This document shows, piece after piece, positions 1 to 12,720 of a DNA stretch of 64,000 bases (position 1 is its first letter; every line of letters starts with the position of its first letter). This stretch comes from Mobula hypostoma (taxonomy: Eukaryota). The notes beneath the pieces were generated by a model, which did no database searches, was not told where the DNA came from, and saw nothing but the letters and a program-made list of their open reading frames with translations. The stretch is taken from positions 123,444,001 to 123,508,000 of the forward strand of contig NC_086097.1 in the NCBI RefSeq assembly GCF_963921235.1. The letters are read 5' to 3'. A program made the position numbers and the translations under genes.

Positions 1-281
1 GGAAATGCCACTCACTGGATTTTTATTAAATGTTCGCAAAATTCTCTGTCAACCCTAGAGACTGTTGTACCTAAAAATCTCAGGAGATCGGTAGTTTGCC
101 TGGCATCAACAATCTCTCTACGCTCAGAATCACTTAGATCACATTTCTTTCCCATTCTGATGTTTGGTCTGAACAACGACGGACCCCCTTGGCCAGGACT
201 GCATGAGTTGCTGCCACATGATTGGCTGATTAAATACTTGCCCTGAAGAGCAGGTGCACCTAACAAAGTGGCCACTGCATG
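1..281 (-). mobile_element. Tc1-like non-autonomous element (transposase N-terminal paired-like domain only), cut by window edge
   Basis: ORF 12..275 contains MGKKCDLSDSERREIVDAR...LLRFLGTTVSRVDREFC; TIR remnant aaagtggccactg near 265-277; homologous to six other copies in the window. Confidence 0.85.
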
Positions 282-597
282 TATATTATCACACTATTGT
301 TATAGTTGTCTTTCCTCTGTTTGCTTGCAGAGGTGTTCGTATGAATTTTTTCTGTGAGGAAAAAGTGTATCATTGGGCATCAAACAGCCATCTTAACACA
401 GCTTCATTCCAAATTTGCTTGAATGGCTGGAATATAAACACCACAAAATGCCAGAATATTACAACTGATCACGTGCTTGGAAGAAATGAATGCCAAATAT
501 TTCATTATTTGTGCACTGATAGAGTGAAAATGCTTCCTGTCACTAAAATTACTAGGTCAGACATGAATGCTACTTAAATGTAGCCTAATTTATAATT

Positions 598-1190
598 AGA
601 CCATAAGATATAAGAGTAGGATTAGGCCATTTGGCCCATTGAGTCTGCTCCACCATTTCATTATGGCTGATCCATTTTGCCTCTCAGCCACAATCTCCCG
701 CATTCTCCCTGTATCGCTTTATGCTCTGATTAATCAAGAATCTCTCAATCTGTGCCTTATATATACCCAATGACTTGGCCTCCAAAGCTGCCGGTGGCAA
801 CAAATTCTACAGATTCACCACTCTCTGGCTGAAGAAATTCTTCCTCGTCTCCTTTCTAAAAGGACATTCCTCTAGTATGAAGCAGTATCCTCTCGTCTTA
901 GACACCCCGACCATAGGAAACATCTCCTCCACATCCACTCTATTGAGGCCTTTCAACATGCAATAGGTTTCAATGAGGTCACCTCTCATTCTTCTGAATT
1001 CCTCTGGGTAGATGCCCAGAGCCAGCAAACACTCCTTTTAATCTCAGGATAGTTTTCATGAACCTCCTTTGAACCCTCGCTAATGTTCGCGCACCCTTTT
1101 TGGGATAAGGGGCCCAAAACTGCTCACAATACTCCAAGTGAGGCCTCACCAGTGCTTGATAAAGCCTCAACATTACGTCCTTTCTTTTAC
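598..1190 (-). mobile_element. CR1 LINE 3' fragment
   Basis: LRLYQALVRPHLEYCEQFWAP and RRMRGDLIETY...FFSQRVVNL peptides; (cataaga)n tail at ~600. Confidence 0.9.
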
Positions 1191-1395
1191 ATTCTAAGAA
1201 TTCTGAGAATCCTGATCTTTGAGAATCGACTTACCTTTGAGCAGGATCACACATTGCATTCTCTACTGCCCCAAATGTGATATGTGGACCCATGTAATAA
1301 GTCTTACAATCCTCCATCAACAACTGCTCCCCCTCACCCCTTTCTCCATCTCACAAAGAGTTTGGTGCCCCCGTGCTCAAGTTCTGTGACTAGTA

Positions 1396-1600
1396 AGACC
1401 ATGAGTTATTAAGAGCAGAATTAGATCCATCTTTGTTCTAAAGGGACGCCCTTCCATTCTGAGGCTGTACGCTCTGGTCCTAGGCTCCTCCACGATGGGA
1501 AACATTCTCTCCACATCGACTCCAGCCTTTCAATATTTGATAGGTTTCAATGAGATTCCCCCCCCCCCATCATTCTTCTAAATTTCAGTAAGTACAGCCT
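1396..1600 (-). mobile_element. Short CR1 3' fragment
   Basis: Same ORF2 C-terminal/3'UTR sequence as 598-1190. Confidence 0.7.
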
Positions 1601-1727
1601 AAATTCCAGTCATCTGTGTGTATTAGTCATAAATGAAATATTGCTTGACATATAGTAAATAATGTGCTGTGGGAGGCACACATGTCACCACATATTCCTG
1701 CACCAACATAGCATGCTCACCACCAAA

Positions 1728-1975
1728 GTTCAAAGTAAATTTATTATCAAAGTTATGTACATGTCACTATATACTATCTTGAGATTCATTTTCTTGCAGG
1801 CATTCACAGTAGGCCAATGAAATACAATAGAATCATTGAAAACCTACACACAAAGACTGCCAAACAACCAATGTGCAAAAGTAGACAAACAGTGCAAATA
1901 AAAAAAGCAAGTAAATAATACTGAGAACTTGAGTTGTAGAGTCCTTGGAAGTGAGTCCATAAGTCCACCATGTTC
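1728..1975 (-). mobile_element. Rex1/Babar-type LINE 3' tail
   Basis: ttcaaagtaaatttattatcaaag...gagattcattttcttgcaggcattcacag motif, recurring at ~7775, 13620, 38155, 52800, 57900, 63720. Confidence 0.7.
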
Positions 1976-2984
1976 GCAGAACACACAAACAATAACAACA
2001 GAACAGCAAGAAAACAACACCAAAACAAGCTCCTCCCCTCCCTTCCACCCACCCACCCACCCACAACTCATTGACAAATAAGAATGCATGGCTACATGTG
2101 TTGATTTTGGCTGCTTTCTGCCGAAGTTACTCAACTTCTTCTCATGTCCCATGGACAGCCTCATACTGGACATCCAGTCAATGGACTCCCAAGATGCCAA
2201 ATGGGGAAATGAGATTTTTCCTACATGAGATCTTAAAATGGGGTGCATGATGGTTTGAAACCATGTTGCCTTTTGGGTTCTCCCATTTGTGGAGCAGGCT
2301 GGTACAGTAATCACAGCCCAAGTGATTCTGCTCAAGGGGAGGTTGAAACCATACCTCTAATTTGATTTAGTGATGAGATATTTTGCCCCCTGGCATTAGA
2401 TGTGTTCCACAGTTCCTTCCATCTGGAAAGTGTGATTATGCCTGTGGCACAGATGTTGGCAGCCAATTTCTCAGGACGGTTGGTACGATTAGTGCATTGG
2501 CTTTACCAAGTAATTTTAAATGGGGAGGCTGGTGTTGCTCATGACTTTTGTCAATAGTTGCTGCAGAAAAGCAATAGAATTTCCATTGAATTTCAGAGTT
2601 AGAAGCCCAGATGCTTGTTTATGGACTCACGTGTCCACACTGAATTCGACTTCCATAATTTGTAGAATCAAATCTTAGAAGTGGAGCTCAATCCACTTAC
2701 ATCACGGTCAACACCACGAACAGCAAAAGGTGAAATTCCTCTGTACTAGGGATTCCCATCCTGGGGTCTATAGACCTCTTACTTAATGGTATTGGTCCAT
2801 GCAATAAAAAAAGGGTCAGGAACCCCTGCCCTATAGGATCTTTGGCAAACAACTAATAAACCAGATAGGTCCATGAACACAGAAACACGATCTTGCCATT
2901 CCTTTGTTTACATTATTTATTAATTTTATAAGCTATACTTTGCGCTGTACTGCTGTCACAAAACAACTAATGTCACATCACTTT

Positions 2985-3272
2985 GTTCCCCTCAGGTTGG
3001 GTGGGACTAGAACTAGAGGTCAGAGGTTTAGGGTGAAAGGTGAATATTTAAGGGGAATCATGGGGAATTTCTTTACTCAAAGGGTGGAACAAATAGCCAG
3101 CAGAAATGGTAGAGGCAGGTTCAACTGTAACATTTAAGAGACATTTAGATAGGTACACAGATGAGAGGTATGGAGAGCTATGGTCCAAGTGCAGGTAGAT
3201 GGGACCAGGCTGGCACAAGCTAGATGGGCTGAAGGGCCTGTTTCTGTGTCGTAGTGCTCTATGATTCTATAA
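2985..3272 (+). mobile_element. CR1 3' fragment
   Basis: PLRLGGTRTRGQRFRVKGE...NFFTQRV peptide; tail ctctatgattctat. Confidence 0.8.
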
Positions 3273-3562
3273 GAAGGTGAAAATAAACCTGATTCTAATA
3301 GTTTAATGTCTTACCTGAACAAAAGCTAAACAATGTCTGAATACTATAGAGACCACAATCTTTCCACAAAGAAATCACTGTCAAATGAGCCAAGTCAACC
3401 AAGGAAACACACTGCATTCCGCTCATAGCTCTCTATTCCTCAGAAAGGCTGTAGTTACAGAAATTGTGGTGTGGTCTACAGATTTACCTAATTAATTTAA
3501 TGGTCAGAAAGCATCGGGATGGTCACCCAATTTTTCTCAATATGAAGTTTTTTCAGCACTTT

Positions 3563-3860
3563 AGTGTAGCAGATAGCATAATACTTTACTGTGCCAGCGA
3601 TCCAGGTTTAATTCCCACTGCTGTCTGTAAGGAGTTTATACCTCTTCCCCGTAACCACATGGTTTCCTCCGGTTGCTCCGGTTTCCTCCCATAGTCCAAA
3701 GACATACAAATTAGAGTCAGTGAGTTGTGGGCGTGCTGTGTTGGTGCCAGAAGCATGGGAAACCTTGCAGGTTGCCCCCAGTACATTGTCAGACTGTACC
3801 ACACACTTCACAGTATATTTTGATGTTTCGATGTATGTGTGACAAATAAAGCTAATCTTT
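3563..3860 (+). mobile_element. tRNA-derived V-SINE/HE1-like SINE with Rex1-like tail
   Basis: Degenerate B-box ggtttaattccc; V-core ggtttcctccggttgctccggtttcctccca; ends gtgacaaataaagctaatcttt. Confidence 0.75.
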
Positions 3861-4231
3861 AATATTTTTACAGTAGTGCACTCTTACTAGTCATTTTTAT
3901 ATTACTACTATATATTATACTTGTTTGGTCTCATGCTTTGTTTATATTCCACAAAGACCTCCTCCCACTCTAATTGCCACTTCCCAATCAGCTCCCTCCA
4001 AACTGGAGAAATTTAAAAAGTTTCATGAGGGACAATTTTTATTTAAGTACAGTGTGCAGTCTGCCTGGAATAGTTTAAAGGGGTAGTACTGAAATTAGGC
4101 CGGTTGATGGAGTTCAAGCAGCTTTTAACTAGACAGAGAAGTAAAAAGCATTTGAAGGGGTATAGATAATAAACAGGAGGAGGACATCTAATGTAAATTG
4201 ACATCAACATCATGGGCTAAATAGCCCGTAC

Positions 4232-4790
4232 AATCAGAATCAGGTTTATTATCACTGACATGTGTCGTGAAATTTGTTAACTTAGCAGCAGCAGTACAGT
4301 GCAATACATGATAATATAGAAAGAAATAAAATGAAGTAAATCAATTACAGTAAGTATATATGCATGTATAAAAACAGTACAAAATAGTACAAAAACAGAA
4401 GTAATATATATATTTTTTTTAAAAGTGAGGTAGGTTCAATGTCCATTTAGGAATCACATGACAGACAGGAAGAAGCTGTTCCTGAATCACTGAGTGTGTG
4501 TTTTCAGGCTTCTGTACCTCCTTCCCGACGGTAACAATGAGAAGAGGGCATGACCTGGGTGATGAGGGTCCTCAATGCTGGACACCGCCTTTCTGAGGCA
4601 CCGCTCCTTGAAGATGTCTTGGTTACTACAGAGGCTAGTACCCAAGTTGGAACTGAATAATTTTACAACTTTCTATAGCTTCTTTTGGTCCTGAGCAGTA
4701 GCCACCCAGCCCCCAACACCGTACCAGACAGTAATGCAGCCTGTCAGAATGCTCTCCACAATATCTATAGAAGTATTCTGTACTGTTCTA
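4232..4790 (-). mobile_element. Rex1/Babar LINE 3' fragment
   Basis: Reverse strand encodes a degenerate ...HHPGHALFSLLPSGRRYRSL C-terminus; tail (ctgatt)n. Confidence 0.8.
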
Positions 4791-4799
4791 TGTTCTAAT

Positions 4800-5100
4800 C
4801 CTCGCTCCTTTACACATCCATCAAAACTTCTCAAATCTGTATCACGTAGTCGCGCTGATACGCAACAAGTGAAAGCAACACACTGCGTCGAGCAGGGTCT
4901 GGTTGAACTGTTTACTGTTTAAATCCGCGCATACTTAAGTGCCCGCTCCCAGCATCCCCCGCTCTTTGCGGGGCGGAAGTGACGTCGGCTTCCAGGCCGA
5001 GGTCTGCCCCGCACTCAGAGCCCTCTCGGTTGCCGCTGGCTGCAGACTCGCCCGTGACTGCTGGAGCCGGTTCGCTTGCCGTGTGGGCGAGCTGCCACAA
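4800..5100. promoter_or_regulatory. CpG-rich putative promoter with GC box and overlapping ETS-CRE motif
   Basis: High CpG density in a CpG-depleted background; GGGGCGG at 4970-4976 overlaps CGGAAGTGACGTC at 4974-4986. Confidence 0.6.
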
Positions 5101-5472
5101 TCAACTATTTCACATGATATGTTCCAAACTATCAATAATTTCCCCTAAATTTAGGTGATCTCTTCCATCCTATAAATTTAATGATCATATAAAGTGTCTT
5201 CTTGATTGTTTCTTTTCCAATTAACAATCTCTCAAGTGCCCTTAACTAACAGTAGCACTGATTTAATTCTGGTGAAATCCTTAATCTTCACTACCCCTTT
5301 GTCGTCATTTTAGTATCCATTGCTTAGTTCTCAACTTCCTGTACAAACGAGGTTCAGTATGAACTTATAATTATCTGAGTTATAGCCACAAATGTAGAGT
5401 TCAAACTGCATGACCCTAGTCAACACTTTCTGATAGTTCTTCAAAGAATTTCCTTTCCACATCTTTACTGAG

Positions 5473-5970
5473 AAGCCACTATATCAGGCACACCTGTACA
5501 CCTGCTCATTAATGTAAATACCTAATCAGCCAATCATGTGCCAACAACCCAAGCTTGCAGACGTAATTCAATAGGTGTTTAGACCAAACATCAGAATGGG
5601 GAAGAAATGTGATTTAAGTGACTTTGATCATGGAATGATTGTTGGTGCCACGCGGGGTGGTTTGAATATTTCAGAATCTGCTGATTTCTTAGGATTTTCA
5701 CGAAAAAGTCTCGAGTTTTTTTTGAGGAAGGTGCAAAAAACGAAAACCCATCCAATGATCAGCAGTTTTGTAGACAAAATCCCCTTGTTAATGAGAGAGG
5801 TCAGAGGAGAATGACCAAACTGGTTCAATCTGACAGGAAGGCGACAGTAACTCAAATAACCACATGATACAACAGTGGTGTGCAGAACAGCATCTCTGAA
5901 TGCAAACACGTCAAACTTTGAAGCAGAATACCACAAACATACACTCAGTGGCCACTTTAGTAGGTACAGA
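5473..5970 (+). mobile_element. Tc1-like non-autonomous element
   Basis: MGKKCDLSDFDHGMIVGATRGGLNISESADFLGFSR; internal TIR copy cactcagtggccactttagtaggtac at ~5942-5967. Confidence 0.85.
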
Positions 5971-6829
5971 ATTGATACCAATGCCAATATGAGTGCACAC
6001 ACTGTAAATTAGTGATCTGTACTTGGTCAGTTATATATAGTCTGAAATCCAAGACCTTGAATAGTTAATGCAGTTATAACAATGCCATTTATTCAATCCT
6101 AATTTTAGTAGATTTCCTTTTCCTCTTTGATAACTGATCTTACAGCTGCAGTATAAGGCATTTTTTTTTAATAAGTATGACCCTCAGTGGATCTCCAGAC
6201 CAGTTTAAGTTGAATATAGTCTAATTGAAGACCTTAAGGGCCATGTCAAACGCCCTCCACAAAAACTACTGGTAAAAGAACATAATCACATTGGATGTTC
6301 TCAATGTGATGTTCCCGATCAGACAAACAGCACCCCACGTCATTTTCTCTTTATCAAGAAATGAAATACCTCAGCTAATCAGAACATTAATGAATCTTGC
6401 TTCCTATTTTCCTGACTGCTGTTTTTATGTTTACCCTTAACCGGTAGCCAAAGACTACTCAGAATCATGTTTTGTTACAAGAAATTAGGAAGTAAAATTA
6501 TCTGTTATGTAATTTTTATAAAAAGGGACGTACTTGCATCGAAAGATGCAGCTTTACTCTAGGCTAAGGCTTCATATTAATATGGTTTTTAAAGAACAAA
6601 TTTATGAATAGCGTTTCATTACTGTCTATGTGTAAGCATAAAGCAGTGCTGTACATTTTTGAAATATGAAATTAAAACTTTTGTCGCTATCCTTGAACTC
6701 TGGTTAAAAGTTCAACTTGTAACGTTCTTGTACAAAATTCTTCAAATTGTCAGGAATATCCACACAGAAACAAGATGAGTGACTCTTATCAGTGAAGATT
6801 CTGCATTTACAAGCAACTTTCTTTCCCCG

Positions 6830-7770
6830 ATCAAAAAGAAAATGGTACGTTCGCACGGTTACGGTGAGGAATACTCAGTGAGAAACCCAACAGTACGGAT
6901 CTCCGATCAATACCGGAACAGCGGGACGGATTTTGCACAGCCGGACTGGTTGCCTGATTGACAGGTTATTGACAGGAGGGAAAGGCGGCAAGTCGGGGCA
7001 AAGCGGCCGGAGAAAAGAGACGGCGTGGAGCAGGGAATCGGGAGCGGGCAGCTTCTGGAAAGTGGGGGTGGAAGAGATCGGGGACAGGGGCAATGCGGGC
7101 TGACGGAGATTGATCTTTTGAGGAAAGAAAGAGGAAGGAATCGTGGCCTGGTGCAACAATGAGGAGTGGGAGGAAGTATCTAGGGTTGCGGAGCGGTGTG
7201 TGTGTGGGGAGCTGGAAGCACTGTGGACAGGGAAGGCGATTGAGGAAGTTCAGGGCAGGAGTCGTCTGGTAGAAAAATCCTGAGGTGGAGGAACAGAGAG
7301 GGATCGTTCATCATGAATATAATGCGGGAGGGGGGGTGGCAGCTCCGTCACTGGCAGGCAAGCTGGAGATCGCCCTTAGCTGCTTCGCTTCCCGAATTGT
7401 GCTGTAAACGCACTTACATCATGGATCCGAACCTGCGCGCCTCCTTTTAACTCCCGAGTCCCGAGACGCCCAGCCGAAACACTGAAAGAATAAGAAGTCC
7501 GTCAAAAAAAAAGTGGACGCGCATTGACTCCTTTTAGGATTTTACCTCGGTGTCCTAGGAGCGAACCGCCCACCCATTCCCTGTCCCGTCTCCGATCCGA
7601 TGCTGGAAGTGGGCGGGTCAGGATAGCTCTGAAGTTGTTTAAATTTCAACGACCTATACGCACGCATGTTCAGGAGTTTAAAAAGCTAACTCAAAGCACT
7701 GGCTGAAATGTTGGACTTTCCTATTCTCTGCTTAAAGTGGGGCTTCTGCATTATTAACCATGTTCGCGCT
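6830..7770. promoter_or_regulatory. CpG island, probable gene 5' region
   Basis: CpG-rich unique sequence; GGAAGTGGGCGGG near 7604-7617; consensus minus-strand donor GTAAGT at 7417-7412. Confidence 0.6.
7418..7481 (-). other. Candidate 64-nt early exon of an unidentified minus-strand gene
   Basis: Acceptor cttcttattctttcag with an upstream TTGAC branch-like motif; donor GAT|GTAAGT; ATG at 7422-7420. Confidence 0.35.
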
Positions 7771-8149
7771 TTCTTAAAGGTAAATGTATTATCAAAGTGC
7801 CTATGTCATTAAACCCTGAGATTCATTTTCTGCCAGGCATTCACAGTAGAGCAAAGAAGTACAATGGAAAGAATGGAAAAAACTGCACACAAGCAAAGAC
7901 TGACAAACTGTGCAAATACAAAAAGAAACCTATAATAATAATATTAATAATAAATAATTAAGTAAATAAATAAATTGAAACACGGGGCAATTCGTGTATG
8001 CCTTATAGGTAACCAAAAGGGTTAGGGCGAGAATCTTTAAGAGAAATAAACAGTGGCACAAAGATGTCGGACAGTGATTTTTGAAAATTTGCAATTCATG
8101 CTGCCCCTTTTATTCTCCCTAAAGTACTGGTTTATTTTTTTCCAATCAC

Positions 8150-8272
8150 AAACAACGAAAATGTGAAGATACTGGAAACACACACAAAATGCTGGAGGAA
8201 CTCAGCAGGCCAGGCAGCATCTATAGAAAAGAGTACAGGTCAGCGTTTCGGGCCGAGACCCTCCAGCGGGCT
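8150..8272 (-). mobile_element. Penelope-like pseudo-LTR fragment
   Basis: acacacaaaatgctggaggaactcagcaggccaggcagcatc...cgtttcgggccgagaccct family motif. Confidence 0.75.
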
Positions 8273-8789
8273 AATTTTTTGCAAGCACGTTTGCCCCTTT
8301 GTCTATACAAACGTTTGTATTTGTTGCCTGGATATAAAGGGATAGAACATTACTCAAAACCTGTGAAACTAGAATGAGCTCTGTTTCATGAATTATATAA
8401 ACCCCTTGGAAATATGAAAGGGGTTCACCATTCACATCCCATCATGACTTACGGAAGTTCGGCAATCCATCACGTGGTCCATATATTCTGCGGACTGTGG
8501 GCTTATTACCTACATTTACAGGAGAGTTACGGAACTAACAACTTTTGACCTCATTATCAAAACAAAATAATGATGAAAAATAGCCAATTCAGTTGCTAGA
8601 TAATAAAGTTCAAAATATATATGGCACTCTGTAAACTGCTAGTGGGATTACATTAATGTAACAGTGTTGTGCTGGATTTAAGTGGTATTCAAATCAAAAT
8701 TTGTCATAGAAATAAACTTCATCGTTGGTGAATCGACTCTGTCTCCAATGAGTAAATCAGCATATATGGAAATGCTGAACTGGCAGTAG

Positions 8790-10885
8790 GGGTTGGTGCA
8801 TGGAATTCCTTGGTTTTTGCAAGGATGGGATTGGCAGCTCAATGTTCCAGGGTTTAGATATTTCAAAAGAGATGGGGAGGAAATACTAGTTATGGCAATG
8901 CTAGTCAGGAGTAGGTCAGGAAACCTGCAAAAAGGGAGGATATTGTGGAGGCATTGCCTATCGACTCAGTGTAATTGGAAGGTCAGACACAAGAAGGTTA
9001 TGAGCACTCTATTGGGAGTTTTCTAGAGGCCCACCATAGGCACGAGGACACTGAAGGGCAGATTCTGTAAGTATTCAGATTTTGGGAAGGTCCGGAATTA
9101 GAACTGGTGTCAGGAGTGACTTCAATTTCCCTAACATTGATTAGGACCTCCTTAGTGCACAAGGTTTAAATGTGGCAGAGTTTGTTAGGTGTGTTTGGGA
9201 AGGATTCCTGACACATTATGCAGACAGGCCAACCAGAGGAGAGGCCACACTGGATCTAGTGCTAGGTAATGAACCTGGTCAGGTGACAGATCTCTCTATG
9301 GGTGACCATTTCAGAGAAAGTGACCACAACTCCCTGACCTTTGAAATAGCCATGGACAAGGAAAGGAACAGGTGATATAGGGAAGAATTTAATTGGGGTG
9401 GTTAGTTATGATTGTATTATGCAGAAACTGAGGAACGTAAATTGAGAGCAGATATTTTCAGGGAAATACACAGCTGAAATTTGGAGCTTGTTTCGGGAGC
9501 ACTTGCATGGGATTCGGGATAGGTTTGTCCCATTGAGGAATGGTACTCAAGAGAAGTGCAACATTTAGTCAAGAGGAAGAAGGAAGCATGCAAGTAGGGC
9601 TCTTGAGTAAAATAATGTAGCCAGGAATGAACTTAAGAAGGGACTTAGGAGAGCTAGAAGGGGACATGTGAAGGCTTTGATGGGATGGATTAGCGATAAC
9701 CCAAGGGCATTCTACAATTACATGAAAAACAGGAGAATGACTAGAGTGATGGTAGGACTACTCACAGTTAAAGGGGGAAACATAGTTGAAGAAGGAGGTC
9801 TTTACTGAATACTTCAGTGTTCAGCAGTGAGAAGAATTTTGACAAATGTGAGGTCAGTATAGAATAGGCTTATGTGCTGGAGCGCGTTGAGTTTAAGAAA
9901 GTGGTAGTGTTGGAGTTTCTGAAAAACAATAGAAATAGATAAGGCCAGATGAGATATATCCCAGGTCACTACAAGAAGTTAGAGAAGAGATTGCTGGGGT
10001 ATTGTCGATGATCTTTGTGTCCTCCCTGGTCACAGGAGTGGCACAAGAAGATTGAAGGCTGGCAAATATTCTTCAAGAAAAGTAATAGGCATAACCCTGG
10101 GAATTACAGACCAGTAAGTCTTACCATAAGGCCATAAGACATAGAAGCAGAATTAGGCCATTTGACCCATCGAGTCTCCTCTACCATTCAATCATGGCTG
10201 ATCTCTTTCCCTTTCTCAGCGCCATTTCTCAGCCTTCTCCCCATAACCTTTAATGCCATGTCCAATCAAGTACCTATCAAGCTCTCCTTAAATACACCCA
10301 ATGACCTGGCCTCCATAGCTGCTTGTGCTAATAAATTCCACAAATTCACCAGCCTCTGGCTGAAGAAATTTCTCCGCATTTGTTTTAAATGGACACCCCT
10401 CTATCCTGAGGCTGTGCCCTCTTGTCCTAGACTCCCCCACCATGGGAAACATTCTTTCCATGTCTACTCTCCTTGGGCCTTTCAACATTTGAAAGGTGTC
10501 AATGAGATTCCCCCTCATCCTTCTAAATTCCAGTAAGTACAGACCCAGAGCTATCAAACGTTCCTTGTATGATAACCCAGTCAGCAGAGAGGATTCTTAG
10601 TGACAGGATTAACCAGCATTTGGAAAAGCATAGCCTTATTAGGGACCATCAGCATGGCTTTGTGAAAGGCACACTGAGTTTGCAAGAAGGTGACAAATTG
10701 ATGAAGATAGGCTGGTATGTGCGGTGTTTAGGAATTTTAGTATGGTATTTGATGGGTTCCCCACAGTAAGCTCATTCAGAAAGTCAGAAGCCATGGGATT
10801 CGGGGAATCTTGGCAACACAGATTCAGAATTGGCTGGCCCATAGAAGGCAGAGGGTGATTGTAGATGGAGTGAATTGTGCCTGGA
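8790..10885 (+). mobile_element. Degenerate CR1 ORF2 (APE endonuclease to RT), interrupted at ~10126-10580
   Basis: WLQGWDWQLNVPGFR-like, RPTRGEATLDLVLGNEPGQV and HQHGFVKG peptides; many stops and frameshifts. Confidence 0.9.
10126..10580 (-). mobile_element. CR1 3' fragment nested antisense in an older CR1
   Basis: LEFRRMRGNLIDTF...GESRTRGHSL; (cataaga)n tail. Confidence 0.85.
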
Positions 10886-12158
10886 CATCTCAGAGGGGGT
10901 CTGCACACAACACTAGTGAGTAGCAAATGCCTACAAAATCTGATCAGAATGGCATTGACTTCCAACAAAAGCAATAGAAGTGACTTGTAATCTCCATAGC
11001 ACCCTGAGGCTACTCGAGCTCTAAACAATGCAACTTCAGTCAGCAGATAGGTTGAGCTGGTGAGTGATGAGCATGTACCCATACTGCCATTAACACTGTA
11101 CATCAAGTCTGCAGTGATGGAGTCTGGAACCTGAAGAGTGCCAGAATTATGTTCCTGACATGCTCCCATTGTTTCCGAGATCTTCTGAGGATTGGGTCCA
11201 ACTGCATTGTATCAAAACATTTGACTGGGTCCTCTGCAGTGACTTGATGCCCACCTGTGACTTTGATCTACAAGGTTGCGACTTCAAGCTCCTAGAATCT
11301 AAGAATGGTAAATAATACTAACTTCAAAAAAAAAATCATTGGGTTTACTTCAACCTAACCCTCACAAGTTTACTTTATATTGAAGCTGATTAGAAGCAAT
11401 ATTGGACATCACTGTAAGACAATTAGTTTGATCTCATTACTATCCTGCTAGTTGATTTGTTAAAATCATCCCAGCAACATGCTTCAGCAAACTACAAATC
11501 ACACTATTACCTAGTCTACATTTAAAAGCTCTCTCTGTCAACCTACCAGCAGGAATTACAATTAAGGACCAATAGTGAGTGTAGACATTTTTTCTTGCTG
11601 GGAGCTCTGTAAGAGAATGGTTACAAATTCAGTCACACATTACACAAATTTCTTGATTTTTATTTCTCAAAGGAAAGGAAAATGAGATGGTGTAATGTGA
11701 GTGACTGGGTAAATAGGGTTAATTTTACATTATACTCTAAAGTCAAAATAAACTACAGTAATTTACTGAGTGAACCAAAGACCAGGCTGCATTGTAATCA
11801 GCCCATTCCGAACATGCCCAGTCAGCACATACTTACAGTATATGTTTAGACATGCAAATTTTGATTACCTCAGAGAATATAACTATTTTAAAATCATGTA
11901 CTACATAAAGTTACAAACTTGTCTTCCTCCAAGACAAATTCTACCCTTTTGGCAGATTGAAAGGTAGACACAATGGAGCCAAGTTTAGTACCCAAAATTT
12001 TATGGAAAAATGTATCGGCACAAAAATGTTTAATCCACTGTGTTGACTATGCAGCCTAAATGCCATTCAAAATATTGTCAAACAAAACTCTTCAGAATCC
12101 TTAAGTGCTATTCAAGATGATAATGGCATTGTAACATTTATCATCTAGGTGTTCTATG

Positions 12159-12720
12159 AAGTAGACCCTCCTCTGAGCAGGGTTGACCATGGATGTGGCA
12201 TCCTAGCTGTCTCTGTAAGCCAGGGCAAGACTCACGCAGCAGACTCCCCCTCTCTGCATAGGTGATGAAGCCAAAGGAACGGCAGACACCAATACAATTT
12301 GGCACTAGCATCGTCACTGGAGTTGCCAGTCAGTGTTGAACTCAATATAGGACTGCCTTAGGGACTCCAACTCCATATTTTTCCGTAGGTTTACTCCCAA
12401 AGCCTTCCCCGTGAGTGGGTATAGCCGCAAGGCAACAGCAGTTTGAAATAAGAGCTTTCTTCCTCCTATAGTTTTCTTTCTCCTACAGCTGGCAAGCCCC
12501 ATCTAGTCAAAGCGACTGACCCACCAGTAACCCACCTTTGCCCTTTCTTCTGTCAGTAAAAATGGTTCTGCTGGGCTTAGTAGCTAAGCCACATGTGAAT
12601 GCCAGGAACTGGACTTGGTTTATCAGAGGCTATTTGAGACAGACGCCATTGGGAGCATTTAATAGGTGCTGGGAGCATATCCCCACTACTCCCCCTGGCT
12701 ATGACAACCTTAAATAACCT
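12159..12720 (-). mobile_element. Non-autonomous RTE-like retroelement (562 bp) with 9-bp TSD
   Basis: TGTTCTATG at 12150-12158 and 12721-12729; no coding capacity; RTE assignment from recalled UTR-like motifs. Confidence 0.6.

Noticed and set aside
254..577. 107-aa ORF with an acceptor-like site at 330
   Set aside because: No recognisable protein motif; starts within a Tc1 TIR
3563..3625. tRNA gene
   Set aside because: Only degenerate A/B boxes of a SINE head; no cloverleaf
7250..7314. C/D-box snoRNA on the minus strand (ATGATGA...CTGA)
   Set aside because: No terminal stem; interior is low-complexity pyrimidine sequence with no recognisable guide
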